Shown here: positions 30,214-43,172 of the stretch, piece after piece
Layout: every line of letters starts with the position of its first letter
Numbering within the stretch: the stretch's first letter is position 1
Assembly (NCBI GenBank): GCA_021773175.1
Contig: JAJFKO010000064.1
Coordinates: 201,367-265,366, forward strand
DNA: 64,000 bases
Origin: Gammaproteobacteria bacterium
GTDB lineage: Bacteria; Pseudomonadota; Gammaproteobacteria; JAJFKO01
Reading direction: 5' to 3'
Translations under genes and position numbers: made by a program
The notes under the pieces: generated by a model
Told to the model about the DNA's origin: nothing
The model's database searches: none
What the model saw: only the letters and a program-made list of their open reading frames with translations

Positions 30214-30859
30214 ACAATTATGGGGAATGCTTTTTGTCAGTTTATGGCAAACCATTTATATGGTTGCCGCTTCTTTAATCTTAGCGACTATTGCCGGTGT
30301 ACCAATTGGTATCTTGTTGGTGACGACTGAACGTAAAGGCTTATGGGAGAATATTTTAAGTAATAAGGTTATTGCGGCAATTGTGAATGCGGTGCGCTCA
30401 ATCCCATTTATAATTTTATTAATTGCGATTATTCCATTAACACAGCTTATCGTAGGCACTTCAATTGGAACAACCGCTGCAATTGTGCCACTGACCTTAT
30501 CAGCGATTCCTTTCATTGCGAGAATAGTTGAGTCAGCCATTAAAGAAGTTGACCCTGGTCTAATTGAAGCGGGCAATGCTATGGGTGCCAGTAATTGGCA
30601 AATTATCAGGAAAATTTTTATTCCAGAATCGATGCCTGGTATTATTCGCGGTTTAACGATTACATTAATCAATCTTGTTGGTTATTCAGCAATGGCTGGA
30701 GCTGTTGGCGGTGGTGGTTTAGGTGACTTAGCTATTCGCTATGGTTATGAGCGTTTTAATGTCCAAGTGATGTTAGCAACGATTGTCGTATTAATTATTT
30801 TAGTGCAGCTCTGCCAAGTTATTGGTGATTACTTAGCTGCAAAGTATTCGCATGTATAG
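30206..30859 (+). CDS. metI: methionine ABC transporter permease
   Basis: 5-TM permease overlapping the metN stop (ATGTCTGA). The ATG at 30206 is preferred over the upstream ORF-track start. Confidence 0.85.
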   Translation: MSEQLWGMLFVSLWQTIYMVAASLILATIAGVPIGILLVTTERKGLWENILSNKVIAAIVNAVRSIPFIILLIAIIPLTQLIVGTSIGTTAAIVPLTLSAIPFIARIVESAIKEVDPGLIEAGNAMGASNWQIIRKIFIPESMPGIIRGLTITLINLVGYSAMAGAVGGGGLGDLAIRYGYERFNVQVMLATIVVLIILVQLCQVIGDYLAAKYSHV

Positions 30860-30875
30860 TAGGAGTTAGCAAATA

Positions 30876-31715
30876 ATGAAGTTAATAAAAAATATAAACT
30901 TTATCTCAAAGTCTTTTTTGGTTTTGTTGTGCAGTATTCTATTGTTGAATTTGGTTGCTTGTAGTAAAGCGCCGAAAGATCAAATTCAGGTTGGCGTTAT
31001 AGCGGGCCCAGCAGTACAATTAATGCAAGCTGTGAAGAACATTGCTAAATCAAAATATGGTTTGAAAATAAAAGTTATTCCATTCACTGATTACACTATT
31101 CCTAATACTGCCTTAGCTAATGGTGATATTAAAGTGAATGTATTCCAGACTATTCCTTATTTTCAAGCAACACTGAAAAATCGTGGATACAAACTATCGA
31201 TAGTAGGAAAAACTTTCATATATCCAATGGCCGTGTATTCAAAGAAGGTTAAGTCACTTAAGGATTTAAAAGAAGGGGCTAAGGTTGCTATTCCTAGTGA
31301 CCCAAGCAATGAAGCGCGTTCATTAATCCTATTACAAAAAGCAGGTTTAATTAAATTACGTAATGAGAATATCTTAACGGCAACGCCGAGTGATATCTCT
31401 AGTAATCCCAAGAAGCTAAAATTTGTTGCATTACAAGCCGCACAATTACCGCGAAGCTTAAATGATGTCAGCATTGCTATTATTAATAGTAACTATGCAA
31501 TTGCTGCTGGTTTAAATCCTGCGAAAGATTCTATATATGAAGAAGGCAAAGATTCATTGTATGCCAATATTATTGTTGTACGAACTCAAGACAAAAGTAA
31601 AAAATGGGTAAAAGAATTTGTTGCGGCATTCCAAACACCAAAAGTTGTTGCCGCAGCGAAGAAACTTTATAACGGGCAAGCTATTCCAGCTTGGAGTAAT
31701 GATAAAAAATCTTGA
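30876..31715 (+). CDS. metQ: methionine-binding lipoprotein (MetQ/NlpA family)
   Basis: Lipobox LVAC and NlpA-family periplasmic binding fold; third gene of the metNIQ operon. Confidence 0.85.
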   Translation: MKLIKNINFISKSFLVLLCSILLLNLVACSKAPKDQIQVGVIAGPAVQLMQAVKNIAKSKYGLKIKVIPFTDYTIPNTALANGDIKVNVFQTIPYFQATLKNRGYKLSIVGKTFIYPMAVYSKKVKSLKDLKEGAKVAIPSDPSNEARSLILLQKAGLIKLRNENILTATPSDISSNPKKLKFVALQAAQLPRSLNDVSIAIINSNYAIAAGLNPAKDSIYEEGKDSLYANIIVVRTQDKSKKWVKEFVAAFQTPKVVAAAKKLYNGQAIPAWSNDKKS

Positions 31716-31758
31716 TACTGAATGCTTAAATTCATTCATAGTCATTATTTGCAAAGAA

Positions 31759-31835
<77 letters not shown>

Positions 31836-31863
31836 ATTTAAAACATGTAAATGCGGGATGAGG

Positions 31864-31892
31864 ATTGTCGCGATTTGGATAGGTTTTGTCAA
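31864..31892 (-). promoter_or_regulatory. candidate promoter for tRNA-Met (TTGACA -35 on minus strand at 31887-31892, weak -10)
   Basis: Perfect TTGACA hexamer upstream of the tRNA. The -10 is poor and spacing to the mature 5' end is long. Confidence 0.3.
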
Positions 31893-32103
31893 GCGTTTGT
31901 AGCATGTTGTAATAACGAAATTTAGCATAAGTTTTGTAAATATAGGTATAGATGATACTGCTACAATTACTAATATTTAGTCCATATTCCTGATTATATA
32001 AGGTCTGGCTTCTGTGGTTATTTGGTCCGAATTGTCTAATTTCTTTCGCCAATTAGGGTATTTTGTATTGTTAATTGGGTAAAGAGGAAATAAATTTTCT
32101 GTC

Positions 32104-33117
32104 TTACCACTGCCGCAGAATAATATTACATAAAGCATCAATATGCTCAGGATCATCATTCAGTGCAGGGATGTATTTATATTGCTCGCCGCCAGCTTGC
32201 ATAAACAGGTCTTTATTCGTCATCGCGATTTCTTCTAACGTTTCCAGGCAATCAGCTGCAAAACCGGGACAGACGATGTCAACAGATTTGATTTTAGATT
32301 TCGGAAGTTTTTGTAATGTTTTATCGCAATAAGGCTGTAACCATTTCTTCGGACCTAAACGTGATTGAAACACCATCTGCCATGAATTTTCATCAAGCTT
32401 AAGTTTTTCTGCCAAAGCTTTTGCTGTCACACAGCAATAACAATAATACGGGTCACCTTTTTTAAAATATGCTTCCGGTAAGCCATGAAATGAAAATAGA
32501 ATTTTTTCGCCTTTACCGTGCACATCCCAATGTTTTTGAATTTTATTAGCGAGCGCTGTGATATATGCATCATCACCCGCATATTGATTAATCATGTTAA
32601 TACTTGGTAGGAAACGCCAATGATTTAATTCTTTGGTAATGGCATCAAATGTTGCAGCGGTGGTTGTTGCTGAATATTGCGGATATAAAGGCAATACAAT
32701 AATGCGAGTTGCATTAGCATCACGTAATTCTTGTAACGCCTTAGCTATACTTGGTTTACCGTAACGCATGCCTAATACAACTTTAGTTTTTTTCTGATGC
32801 TTTTCTGTTAAGATTTTTTCAATATCGCGGGCAATAAATTGTGAATGAATCAATAGTGGTGAACCTTGGTCTTGCCAAATTTTCGCATAATTTTCAGCAG
32901 ATTTTTTTGGCCGGTTTCGTAAAACAATACCATGCAAAATACCCCACCAAAGCCAGCGCGGAAATTCAATCACTCGTGAGTCACTTAAGAATTCAGCAAG
33001 ATATCTTCTGACAGCTTTAACAGACGGATTATCAGGTGTGCCTAAATTCGTTACCAAGATACCTGTAATCTCTTCTTGTTTGTGTGGGTCACTATTGCCG
33101 CTGGTGAATTTTGGCAT
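32104..33117 (-). CDS. hemH: ferrochelatase
   Basis: LVTNLGTPDNPS...VRRYLAEFLSD N-terminal ferrochelatase signature; 337 aa. Confidence 0.9.
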   Translation of the reverse strand: MPKFTSGNSDPHKQEEITGILVTNLGTPDNPSVKAVRRYLAEFLSDSRVIEFPRWLWWGILHGIVLRNRPKKSAENYAKIWQDQGSPLLIHSQFIARDIEKILTEKHQKKTKVVLGMRYGKPSIAKALQELRDANATRIIVLPLYPQYSATTTAATFDAITKELNHWRFLPSINMINQYAGDDAYITALANKIQKHWDVHGKGEKILFSFHGLPEAYFKKGDPYYCYCCVTAKALAEKLKLDENSWQMVFQSRLGPKKWLQPYCDKTLQKLPKSKIKSVDIVCPGFAADCLETLEEIAMTNKDLFMQAGGEQYKYIPALNDDPEHIDALCNIILRQW

Positions 33118-33223
33118 ATTCTTATCCTTATGAACATCTAATAGTAAAGTGATTTGAGCGCAAGCATAAACGTGCAGCTTAGGTGTTGTAAAGTCTTTTT
33201 AAATTGTAATTAAAGAATTGATG

Positions 33224-34303
33224 CTAAGGTTTCAATGCTTTCTTTAACAGGCGTTTTATCCGATTTTTGAATCGTCGAGGCTCGTGGCCATGTATGAGTT
33301 GTATTGAATTCTCTTGTAACAGACGCGCTAAATCTTTTTCGATAATCGGAAATAAACTTTCTGAGGCACGACAATAAGAAATCGGCACAGTAAAATCAGC
33401 ATCTTCCGGTTTAAATGAAACAGCAATTAAGCCATCGCCACTAAAGGATTCTGCGACAGAATGTTCAGCAATAATATGTGCACCACAGTCTTTTAGTATG
33501 GTTAAGCACTTTTGATGAGTTAGTGGATCATGAGAGATGGTGTGGTGATGCGTAGAGATAATTGCATATCCCACTTTGCCAGTTTTAAATAAATCTTTAG
33601 CTGAAGTTAATAAGCCTGTTTCTGCACCTTGAATATCAGCCAGTAAAATATCAAGATAATCTAAATTAAATCTATTAAATAAAGAGGGTAAGTTTTCTGC
33701 TGGCATTTTATGAGTTTGACCATCTTCACAAAAGAAGGAGACTGTTGCTTTGGCTTCCTGTTCTATGCACGCGCGATGAAAGGTACCTTGTTGGTTATTT
33801 AATTCAAAATTCTTTTTACCAATATTTAAATTATTTGGATCGGGCTCAACTAAAAAAGCATTGGCATCAGGAAACTCTTGTAAAGCCCATAAAGTGTAAT
33901 ATGACCAATAGGCACCAAGTTCAAGCACATTGGGCTTTGTTGATTGCTGTTTTAGCTTTTGTAAAATGTGATAGTAAACAAGTTCTTCTTGCGGCTCGTG
34001 GCAACCCTTAAGTTGCTCGATAATAGCTGTCATCCAAGGTCCACAATAACAATGCTCTAAAATCTTAACCCCGTTATGCATTAATTGAACTCGCGTATTT
34101 TGATAATCGATTACTCGTCCAGCATTGTCTGTTTTTGGAATAATGTTTGCATCGTGACAAGATACTGTCATATTGATTCGGTAAATATCATGTTCTGATA
34201 ATGTTGTTTGATGTGATGTCGGTATTTCAACAGTTTGTTTTTCTGTTTTTTTAGCAGTGTTTAGCATGAGTATTTTCCTGCAAATATTACGCGCATACGA
34301 CAT
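33224..34303 (-). CDS. putative SAM-dependent methyltransferase (FkbM-like)
   Basis: VLELGAYWSYYTLWA...AFLVEPDPNN resembles motif I/II of class I methyltransferases of the FkbM type. Weak, by eye. Confidence 0.5.
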   Translation of the reverse strand: MSYARNICRKILMLNTAKKTEKQTVEIPTSHQTTLSEHDIYRINMTVSCHDANIIPKTDNAGRVIDYQNTRVQLMHNGVKILEHCYCGPWMTAIIEQLKGCHEPQEELVYYHILQKLKQQSTKPNVLELGAYWSYYTLWALQEFPDANAFLVEPDPNNLNIGKKNFELNNQQGTFHRACIEQEAKATVSFFCEDGQTHKMPAENLPSLFNRFNLDYLDILLADIQGAETGLLTSAKDLFKTGKVGYAIISTHHHTISHDPLTHQKCLTILKDCGAHIIAEHSVAESFSGDGLIAVSFKPEDADFTVPISYCRASESLFPIIEKDLARLLQENSIQLIHGHEPRRFKNRIKRLLKKALKP

Positions 34304-34387
34304 TGATTTGTTTGCCGGCTATTTTCACAGAGATATAAACATAACGCAAGCGTCATGTAGTAGATTATAAAATGATTACTGTTGACG

Positions 34388-36769
34388 TTATTTTTTACTG
34401 GAAAGGCTAAGGGAGCCTGCTTTTTTTGTAGTAACTGCTGTATAAGCAATAGGGGGGCTTAGCTCTAAAAGCCATTCACAATTAGGAAGTCTCGCCCTAT
34501 TATCGGTAATCAATTTACGTAAACTGGTTTTATTAGGTTTCTTCTCTGATGCACTACTTGCGGCTTCAAAATCTAAAAATTGATTAATACTTTGTTTAGT
34601 TACAATTGTACTGTTATATTTTTTTTTGGCGGCATCTAATACCATCTTAAGCTGCCTTGCTAAGGCAACATCTCTATTGCCAAACCATGAACTTCTTTGA
34701 GACGTTTCTGGCTGCAAGTTTTGAATATCTGCTTCGATACATTTAATGATAGGAGCAAAATGATTTGATACGTAGCGACTATGTAAAGGCCGTACTTTAT
34801 TTACCATAGGTAGAATGGCACCTTTCTCAGTGAGCTCATCAGGTCCGATAAGAATATCATTAGCACTATTTAAATAAGCTACTTTGGCTTGTAAGAATGC
34901 TAATGGCGGTTTTCCTTTTGCTTGAGTATCAGCAAGATGATATCGCTCTTCTTGTAAACCTGCGATAAGCACTTGATTATAGAGTTGGATTAGTTTTGCA
35001 TTTATAGCAATATGTGTTTCTCTTGAGTAAATACCAGCGCCTGGCGTACTTAAAATACTCGCCATATCTGCATATACCTGTAGAATCTGTTCTTTCATGC
35101 CATCAGAATAGTTATCGCTATGAGCCTCCCAAAATAATGCTCTCTGCAGTAGTGTGAAATCGAGTGCTGAGACAAATCGTAAGACCTTGTCAGTATTCTT
35201 TGCTGTTATTGCATCGAGGGTCTTTGTGACCATCTCGGCGCGAGCTGTTGGTCCGGCTATTTTTAGCTGTTCGATATCAAATCTCACTTCAGAGTCTAAA
35301 GCTTCTAACATAGAGGTTAAAAATAAGAAGCCATCATTTCCTGTGGTTTTTGCTAGTTCAATCTCTTCACAAATTGCATCAACAATCACTTTCTTTTTGT
35401 TAGGAGGAATATCACCAAGAATGATGCCTGTTGGATCAAGTTTATCTTTAAGAGTATCTACTCGCTCTCTAGCTGCATTAACAAATTCTGTTTGCTTTTT
35501 CTTAACAGCAGGATTTCCAGCACCGTAATAATCATGCTTTCCTGGTTTTTTTTCTGCTAAAACGCCAAGATAGTGTTCAGTTAACTGCATTAAACCTTTA
35601 ACGCTACTTCTGGGGATAGTAGGTAATGGTGGTAAGGTTGCTGCGTATATATCTTCTGCTTCACTATATAATCTAGTTAATGCTTCACTATCGATGCTTT
35701 CACCTTCCCCTAATGCTCCCTCTAAGCTTTCAAGCTCCTCGATTACTTTTGCTTTTGCTTCAGCTTGCCCTTTTATCTTTCGCACGAAATTGCGAATATA
35801 CTCAGGAGTGATATTGTGTTCTTCTCTCTCTTGTCTAGCCTCTAAATGTTGATGTTGTTCTTTAATAATATTATTCATATCATCTAGCAGTCGCATGAAG
35901 AAAAATACGAGCTGATTCAAGCCCTCAATCGAGGTAATGTCATTGAGATTCGTTTCTGCATTGGCTAGGTTACAACTTAAAATAAGATTGGTGATCTGTA
36001 CGGTATGTTGTAGACCTGTTGAGTTATAAATATGTAACAAAACATTTGTCAGCAAAAATTCTTTTTTATCATCTGGGTGAGCATCATCAGACTTCAATCG
36101 TTGCTCTTGTGCACGTTTACAACTTGCATCATAGCAGTATGACAATAGCGTTTTCCCTTCAAGCTCTTGTTGGAACAAGTCAAGTAATGCTGCATGAGCA
36201 GCGGTATCATATAGATTAGCTCGGTTTTTATAGGGTTTAAGGTAATCAAAATATGTATAAGCAAAAGAGCCAATCATAGCAGAATCGCCACGCTCTCCCA
36301 TGATATGATCATCATAAAATCTCTTTGCCCTATCTTCTTTTTGGGAATGGTCTAAAGCCTGACGACGAAATGAACTGGCAAGACGTGACATAACGACAGG
36401 TAATAGTTGACCTATCTTGATCGACATGTCTTTATCTTGGGAAGTGAAGCTTATTGTTTCAGCAGCATCTCTGATTATAGTTTCAAGAAAGTTTGTTTTT
36501 ACTAGAACAAGATCACACATTTCTCCTCTTTCTTCTCCAGTAAAAGCAAACTCATTCGCATTAAATCCAGCGCTTGCTTTCATATTCATGCATACAGCAC
36601 GTAATAATGCCTGTGGGATTTTAATGGCTTGCAATTCTTCTGCAGGATAAGCTGGATTTGGTAGCTCTCTGTCTTGATACTCGGGTTTTTGTCTGCGTTG
36701 TAATTCTTGAGCCAGGATCGTATCTCTAATCTCTTCAACAGCAAGCCTAGCCTCTTTATCTGTAAACAT
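34388..36769 (-). CDS. hypothetical large soluble protein (793 aa), effector-like
   Basis: Long ORF, no recognisable domain, charged coiled-coil-like central region. Confidence 0.55.
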   Translation of the reverse strand: MFTDKEARLAVEEIRDTILAQELQRRQKPEYQDRELPNPAYPAEELQAIKIPQALLRAVCMNMKASAGFNANEFAFTGEERGEMCDLVLVKTNFLETIIRDAAETISFTSQDKDMSIKIGQLLPVVMSRLASSFRRQALDHSQKEDRAKRFYDDHIMGERGDSAMIGSFAYTYFDYLKPYKNRANLYDTAAHAALLDLFQQELEGKTLLSYCYDASCKRAQEQRLKSDDAHPDDKKEFLLTNVLLHIYNSTGLQHTVQITNLILSCNLANAETNLNDITSIEGLNQLVFFFMRLLDDMNNIIKEQHQHLEARQEREEHNITPEYIRNFVRKIKGQAEAKAKVIEELESLEGALGEGESIDSEALTRLYSEAEDIYAATLPPLPTIPRSSVKGLMQLTEHYLGVLAEKKPGKHDYYGAGNPAVKKKQTEFVNAARERVDTLKDKLDPTGIILGDIPPNKKKVIVDAICEEIELAKTTGNDGFLFLTSMLEALDSEVRFDIEQLKIAGPTARAEMVTKTLDAITAKNTDKVLRFVSALDFTLLQRALFWEAHSDNYSDGMKEQILQVYADMASILSTPGAGIYSRETHIAINAKLIQLYNQVLIAGLQEERYHLADTQAKGKPPLAFLQAKVAYLNSANDILIGPDELTEKGAILPMVNKVRPLHSRYVSNHFAPIIKCIEADIQNLQPETSQRSSWFGNRDVALARQLKMVLDAAKKKYNSTIVTKQSINQFLDFEAASSASEKKPNKTSLRKLITDNRARLPNCEWLLELSPPIAYTAVTTKKAGSLSLSSKK

Positions 36770-37063
36770 TTTGCGACCTATTTGAAATATTAATAATATG
36801 GAGTTATTGTTATAAACATATGATGTAAGTAAAGTTTAATATCTAGAAATGATCAAGTAGCAGTAATACAATGATATTAAATCAATAATTTACGCGTGAT
36901 TGAGATTAAATACATTATCCTGGTTGCTTTTTTTACAGTTTTGTGAGATAAAGCCATTCCTACATCTTTAAATAATCTGTTTTGCTTTTATCGATACGTT
37001 AATAAGTTAATAGATTTCAAGAAGATAACTAACTTAACGTTAATTAAAAAGAGAACATATTAT

Positions 37064-38656
<1,593 letters not shown>

Positions 38657-38668
38657 TCTTTCATCAGA

Positions 38669-38710
38669 AGAGTGTGAGGTAACGATATTTCACACTCTTT
38701 CTCTTCTTTA
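38669..38710 (+). terminator. rho-independent terminator after deaD
   Basis: 9-bp perfect inverted repeat AGAGTGTGA...TCACACTCT followed by TTCTCTTCTTT. Confidence 0.55.
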
Positions 38711-38922
38711 ACTTTCACAAAGCCGCTAACCTCGGTATTAGTCGCTATTCTGTAGAGAATGTAGGAAGGCTCATAAGATTACATATTCTTAACTTGATAT
38801 CATGAAGAAGAATCGCTTGACCTCATAGATCAGCTTGATTACCATAGCCGCGTTCAATAATTTATACGACTCGCATGAATAATGTGCAAGTTTGTAACTG
38901 GTGGAGTGCAAATTAAGTGACT

Positions 38923-39975
38923 ATGGTCCCGGCGCGGCTCATTCTTGCTTCAGGGGAAGAATTTCAAGGTGTTTGTCCTGATTGGCAAAGTGATGTGGTG
39001 TTGGGGGAAGTGGTATTTAATACCGGCATGGTTGGTTACACTGAAGCACTTACCGATCCCTCTTATAAAGGTCAAATACTCACATTTACCTACCCGTTGA
39101 TTGGTAACTATGGCGTTGCTGATGCTTCGACCTATGAATCTGAAAAAGCGCAAGCGGCAGGCATGATTGTCGCTGAACTTGCGGATCATTACTCTAATTA
39201 TAAAGCAACCACTTCATTATTAGATTGGTGCAAGCAACAAGGCTTGCCATTGATTGCAAATATCGATACGCGCGCATTAACTAAAACATTACGCAGCCAC
39301 GGTGTTGTTGCTGGTGCGATAAGCAAAGGTGATAGCGGCATTAATGAATTCCCAGATATCAATCAATCACATTTGGTTGAGCAAGTTAGTCAATTTGAAC
39401 CGAGCTATAGTGGCGAAGGTGATAAAACCATTATTCTCGTTGATTGTGGTGTTAAGGGTAGCATTCTACGCTGCTTAGAAAAATTTCCATTACGTGTGAA
39501 ACGTGTTCCTTATAATTATGATTTTACCAAAGAAGACTATGATGGTGTGCTGATTTCTAATGGTCCTGGTGATCCAACACTATGCCAAGAAACAGTGGCA
39601 ATTGTGAAACGCGCGATGCAAACCGATAAACCGATTTTTGGTATTTGCTTAGGCTCACAAATCATGGGTTTAGCTTTAGGCGCTGAAACCTTTAAATTAC
39701 AATTTGGACATCGCGGTCAAAATCATCCCTGCCTAGAAAAAGACAGTAAGCGTTGTTATTTAACGTCGCAAAATCATGGTTTCGCGGTAAAAGAAGATTC
39801 TTTACCTGCAGATTGGTCGGTGTGGTTTCGTAATTTAAATGATAATACCGTGCAAGGTATTGCGCATAACAGCAAACCACAATTTGCTGTGCAATTTCAC
39901 CCAGAAGCAGGCCCAGGTCCGGTTGATACTTTTTGGATTTTTGAAAAATTTTATAAATTGGTTGCTAACAAATGA
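38923..39975 (+). CDS. carA: carbamoyl-phosphate synthase small subunit
   Basis: Glutamine amidotransferase class I with Cys-His-Glu triad (GICLGSQ, HRGQNHP). The ATG at 38923 is preferred to the GTG at 38917. Confidence 0.9.
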   Translation: MVPARLILASGEEFQGVCPDWQSDVVLGEVVFNTGMVGYTEALTDPSYKGQILTFTYPLIGNYGVADASTYESEKAQAAGMIVAELADHYSNYKATTSLLDWCKQQGLPLIANIDTRALTKTLRSHGVVAGAISKGDSGINEFPDINQSHLVEQVSQFEPSYSGEGDKTIILVDCGVKGSILRCLEKFPLRVKRVPYNYDFTKEDYDGVLISNGPGDPTLCQETVAIVKRAMQTDKPIFGICLGSQIMGLALGAETFKLQFGHRGQNHPCLEKDSKRCYLTSQNHGFAVKEDSLPADWSVWFRNLNDNTVQGIAHNSKPQFAVQFHPEAGPGPVDTFWIFEKFYKLVANK

Positions 39976-42900
39976 CAGTGCAAAAAGTTTTACTTTTAGG
40001 TTCAGGTGGATTACGCATTAGCCAAGCAGGCGAATTTGATTATTCTGGTTCTCAAGCCATTAAAGCCTTAAAAGAAGAAGGCATTGAAGTTATCTTAGTT
40101 AACCCCAATATCGCAACCGTTCAGACTGATGATCATATGGCGCATAAAGTTTATTTAGAGCCGTTGGAAATTAATACCGTTACTAAAATTATTGCCAAAG
40201 AAAAGCCAGATGCCATTCTATTAGGATTTGGTGGCCAGACTGCATTGAATCTTGGTTTGAATCTGGAAGAACAAGGTGTACTAGAAAAATATAATGTAGA
40301 AGTGCTAGGCACTAATGTTGATTCTATTCGTTCTGCTGAAGATCGCGATATTTTTAAACAGAACTTATTAAAGATTGATGTTAAAACTGCTGAAAGTTTT
40401 TGTGTAACAAACGTAAAAGATGCATTAGAAGCGGCGAAAAAAATTGGTTTTCCTTTGATGATGCGTACTGGTTTCAGTTTGGGTGGTTTGGGCTCTGGCA
40501 TTGTTGAAGATGCCCATGAATTAAAAACACGTGCGCAACAGGCCTTAACCGGTGCTCCTCAAATTCTTATCGAAGAAAATTTAATTGGTTGGAGCGAATG
40601 TGAATATGAAATTATTCGTGACCGTGATGGTAATGCATTAACAACCTGTAATATGGAAAATATGGATCCGATGGGGATTCATACGGGTGAAAGTATTGTG
40701 GTTTCACCATCACAGACCTTAGATAATCAGCAATATCATTTTTTACGTGAAATTGCGCTTAAAGTTGCCGAGCATTTTAAAATCGTTGGTGAATGTAATA
40801 TTCAATATGCCTTTAATCCGAAAGATGGTGATTACCGGGTTATTGAAATTAACCCACGTTTATCACGTTCCAGTGCTTTAGCATCCAAAGCAACTGGTTA
40901 TCCATTAGCTTTCGTTGCCACAAAATTAGCTTTAGGTTATCGACTTTATGAAATCAAGAATAGCGTCACTCAAAAAACGTGTGCTTATTTCGAGCCGGCA
41001 TTAGATTACATTGTGGTGAAATTACCGCGCTGGGATACGCATAAATTAAAAGCTGCAGACCGACGTATTGGCACAGAAATGAAAAGTGTTGGTGAAGTGA
41101 TGGCGATTGGCCGAACTTTCCCAGAAGCGTTACAAAAAGCTGTGGGCATGTTGAATATTGGTGCGGCTGATTTAAGTGATTACCCTCGCAAGATTCGTAA
41201 TCCTGAGCATGAAATTGAATTTGCCACAGATAGACGCTTATTTGCTTTGTATCAATTCTTTTGTGCGGGTGGCAGTGCTGAACGTGCGCATGGATTATCG
41301 AATATTGATATGTGGTTTTTATTGCATGTGCAGAAAATCGCATTGTTTTCTGTGGAATTAGAAAATAGTGAGCTAACACCGCAACGATTACGTGCAGCAA
41401 AGCAATTAGGTTTTTCAGACAGAAGTATTGCGCGCTTAACCAAGCAGCAAGAAAATACGATTCGTGGATTACGTAAACAACATAAAATTACACCGGTCAT
41501 AAAACAAATTGATACCTTAGCCGGTGAATTTGATGCACAAACTAATTATTTATATCTGACTTATCATGGTATCGAGCATGATATTACGCCATCAGCAAAA
41601 CAACCGGTGATTGTGTTGGGTTCAGGACCTTATAGTATCGGTTCTTCAGTCGAGTTTGATTGGTGTGCAGTAAATACTGTTAAAACATTACGCTCGTTGG
41701 GTGAGCAAGCCATTATTATTAATTCTAATCCAGAAACAGTTTCAACGGATTATGATGAATCAGATCGTTTGTACTTCGAACAATTATCATTTGAACGCGT
41801 CCAAGATATTGCCGATTTCGAAAACCCAAAAGGTTTAGTTATTTCAGTAGGTGGACAAATTGCTAATAATCTAGCGTTGCCATTATCAAAACAAGGTTAT
41901 CCAATTTTAGGTACTACGGCAGAAGATATTAACCGTGCTGAAGATCGCGAACAGTTTTCACAATTATTACATGATCTACATATTGATCAACCCGACTGGA
42001 GTGCCGCAACATCTATCGAAAAAGCATTACAGTTTGCCACAGATGTTGGTTATCCCGTACTGTTGCGACCTTCATTTGTGTTGTCTGGTGCTGCAATGAA
42101 TATTATTTATGATGCCAAAGAAATGCATGAATATTTACAAGAAGCATCGTTAGTATCACCAGACCATCCCGTGGTGATATCGAAGTTTATTCAAGAAGCT
42201 AAAGAGCTGCAGATTGATGGTGTTGCTTTGAATGGTAAAGTGGTGATTGATGCGGTTTCGGAACATATAGAAAATGCAGGGGTGCATTCCGGCGATGCAA
42301 CCATGGTGATGCCGCCGCAGCGTTTATATCTAGAAACAATTCGTAAAACCAAACGTATTACACGCGAAATTGTTGCAGCATTGAATATTACGGGACCGTT
42401 CAATATTCAATATCTTGCTAAAGATAATGCGATTCGTGTGATTGAATGTAACTTACGTGCTTCACGGTCATTTCCATTTGCATCGAAAGTGTTGAATCAT
42501 AATTTTATTGCGATAGCGATCCAAGTGATGATGGGACGCTACAAGCCGACAACTTATGAAACCTTAGATTTAGATTATGTTGCGGTGAAGTCACCACAGT
42601 TTTCTTATCAACGTTTGAAAGGTGCTAACCCTGTTGCCCATGTCGAAATGGCTTCAACCGGCGAAGTAGCATGTTTTGGTGATGATTTATTAGAGGCCTA
42701 TTTCAAATCATGGCAGGCAACAGAACAATTTATACGTGGTAAGCGTATACTAATTAGTATTGGTGGTAATAAAAAACCAAAGCTACTACCATTCTTGAAA
42801 AAATTAGATGATTTGGGTTGGCAGTTTTATACAACCGGTGGAACTCATGATTTCTTAGCGAAAAATGGCGTTGGTTCAAACTTCATTTATAAGGCCAGTG

Positions 42901-43172
42901 AAAAGTCAGAGCCGAGTGTTCTAAATATTATTGAAAAACAAGGTATCGATTTAATCATTAATATACCTCATGGCAGTCGTACCAGTAGTAGCAGTCAAAC
43001 GACTGATGGCTATACCTTACGGCGTTTAGCTATTGATCACAGCATTCCACTTATTACTAATTTACAAAGTGCTTTATTAACATTGCAATGTTTAGCAGAA
43101 TTCGATATTAGCAACATGCCTGTCAAAGCATGGCAAGAGTATGTGGGCAGTTCAAAAGGAAATCATTCATGA
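39972..43172 (+). CDS. carB: carbamoyl-phosphate synthase large subunit
   Basis: 1066 aa with a duplicated ATP-grasp architecture and an MGS-like C-terminal domain. Overlaps the carA stop. Confidence 0.95.
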   Translation: MTVQKVLLLGSGGLRISQAGEFDYSGSQAIKALKEEGIEVILVNPNIATVQTDDHMAHKVYLEPLEINTVTKIIAKEKPDAILLGFGGQTALNLGLNLEEQGVLEKYNVEVLGTNVDSIRSAEDRDIFKQNLLKIDVKTAESFCVTNVKDALEAAKKIGFPLMMRTGFSLGGLGSGIVEDAHELKTRAQQALTGAPQILIEENLIGWSECEYEIIRDRDGNALTTCNMENMDPMGIHTGESIVVSPSQTLDNQQYHFLREIALKVAEHFKIVGECNIQYAFNPKDGDYRVIEINPRLSRSSALASKATGYPLAFVATKLALGYRLYEIKNSVTQKTCAYFEPALDYIVVKLPRWDTHKLKAADRRIGTEMKSVGEVMAIGRTFPEALQKAVGMLNIGAADLSDYPRKIRNPEHEIEFATDRRLFALYQFFCAGGSAERAHGLSNIDMWFLLHVQKIALFSVELENSELTPQRLRAAKQLGFSDRSIARLTKQQENTIRGLRKQHKITPVIKQIDTLAGEFDAQTNYLYLTYHGIEHDITPSAKQPVIVLGSGPYSIGSSVEFDWCAVNTVKTLRSLGEQAIIINSNPETVSTDYDESDRLYFEQLSFERVQDIADFENPKGLVISVGGQIANNLALPLSKQGYPILGTTAEDINRAEDREQFSQLLHDLHIDQPDWSAATSIEKALQFATDVGYPVLLRPSFVLSGAAMNIIYDAKEMHEYLQEASLVSPDHPVVISKFIQEAKELQIDGVALNGKVVIDAVSEHIENAGVHSGDATMVMPPQRLYLETIRKTKRITREIVAALNITGPFNIQYLAKDNAIRVIECNLRASRSFPFASKVLNHNFIAIAIQVMMGRYKPTTYETLDLDYVAVKSPQFSYQRLKGANPVAHVEMASTGEVACFGDDLLEAYFKSWQATEQFIRGKRILISIGGNKKPKLLPFLKKLDDLGWQFYTTGGTHDFLAKNGVGSNFIYKASEKSEPSVLNIIEKQGIDLIINIPHGSRTSSSSQTTDGYTLRRLAIDHSIPLITNLQSALLTLQCLAEFDISNMPVKAWQEYVGSSKGNHS

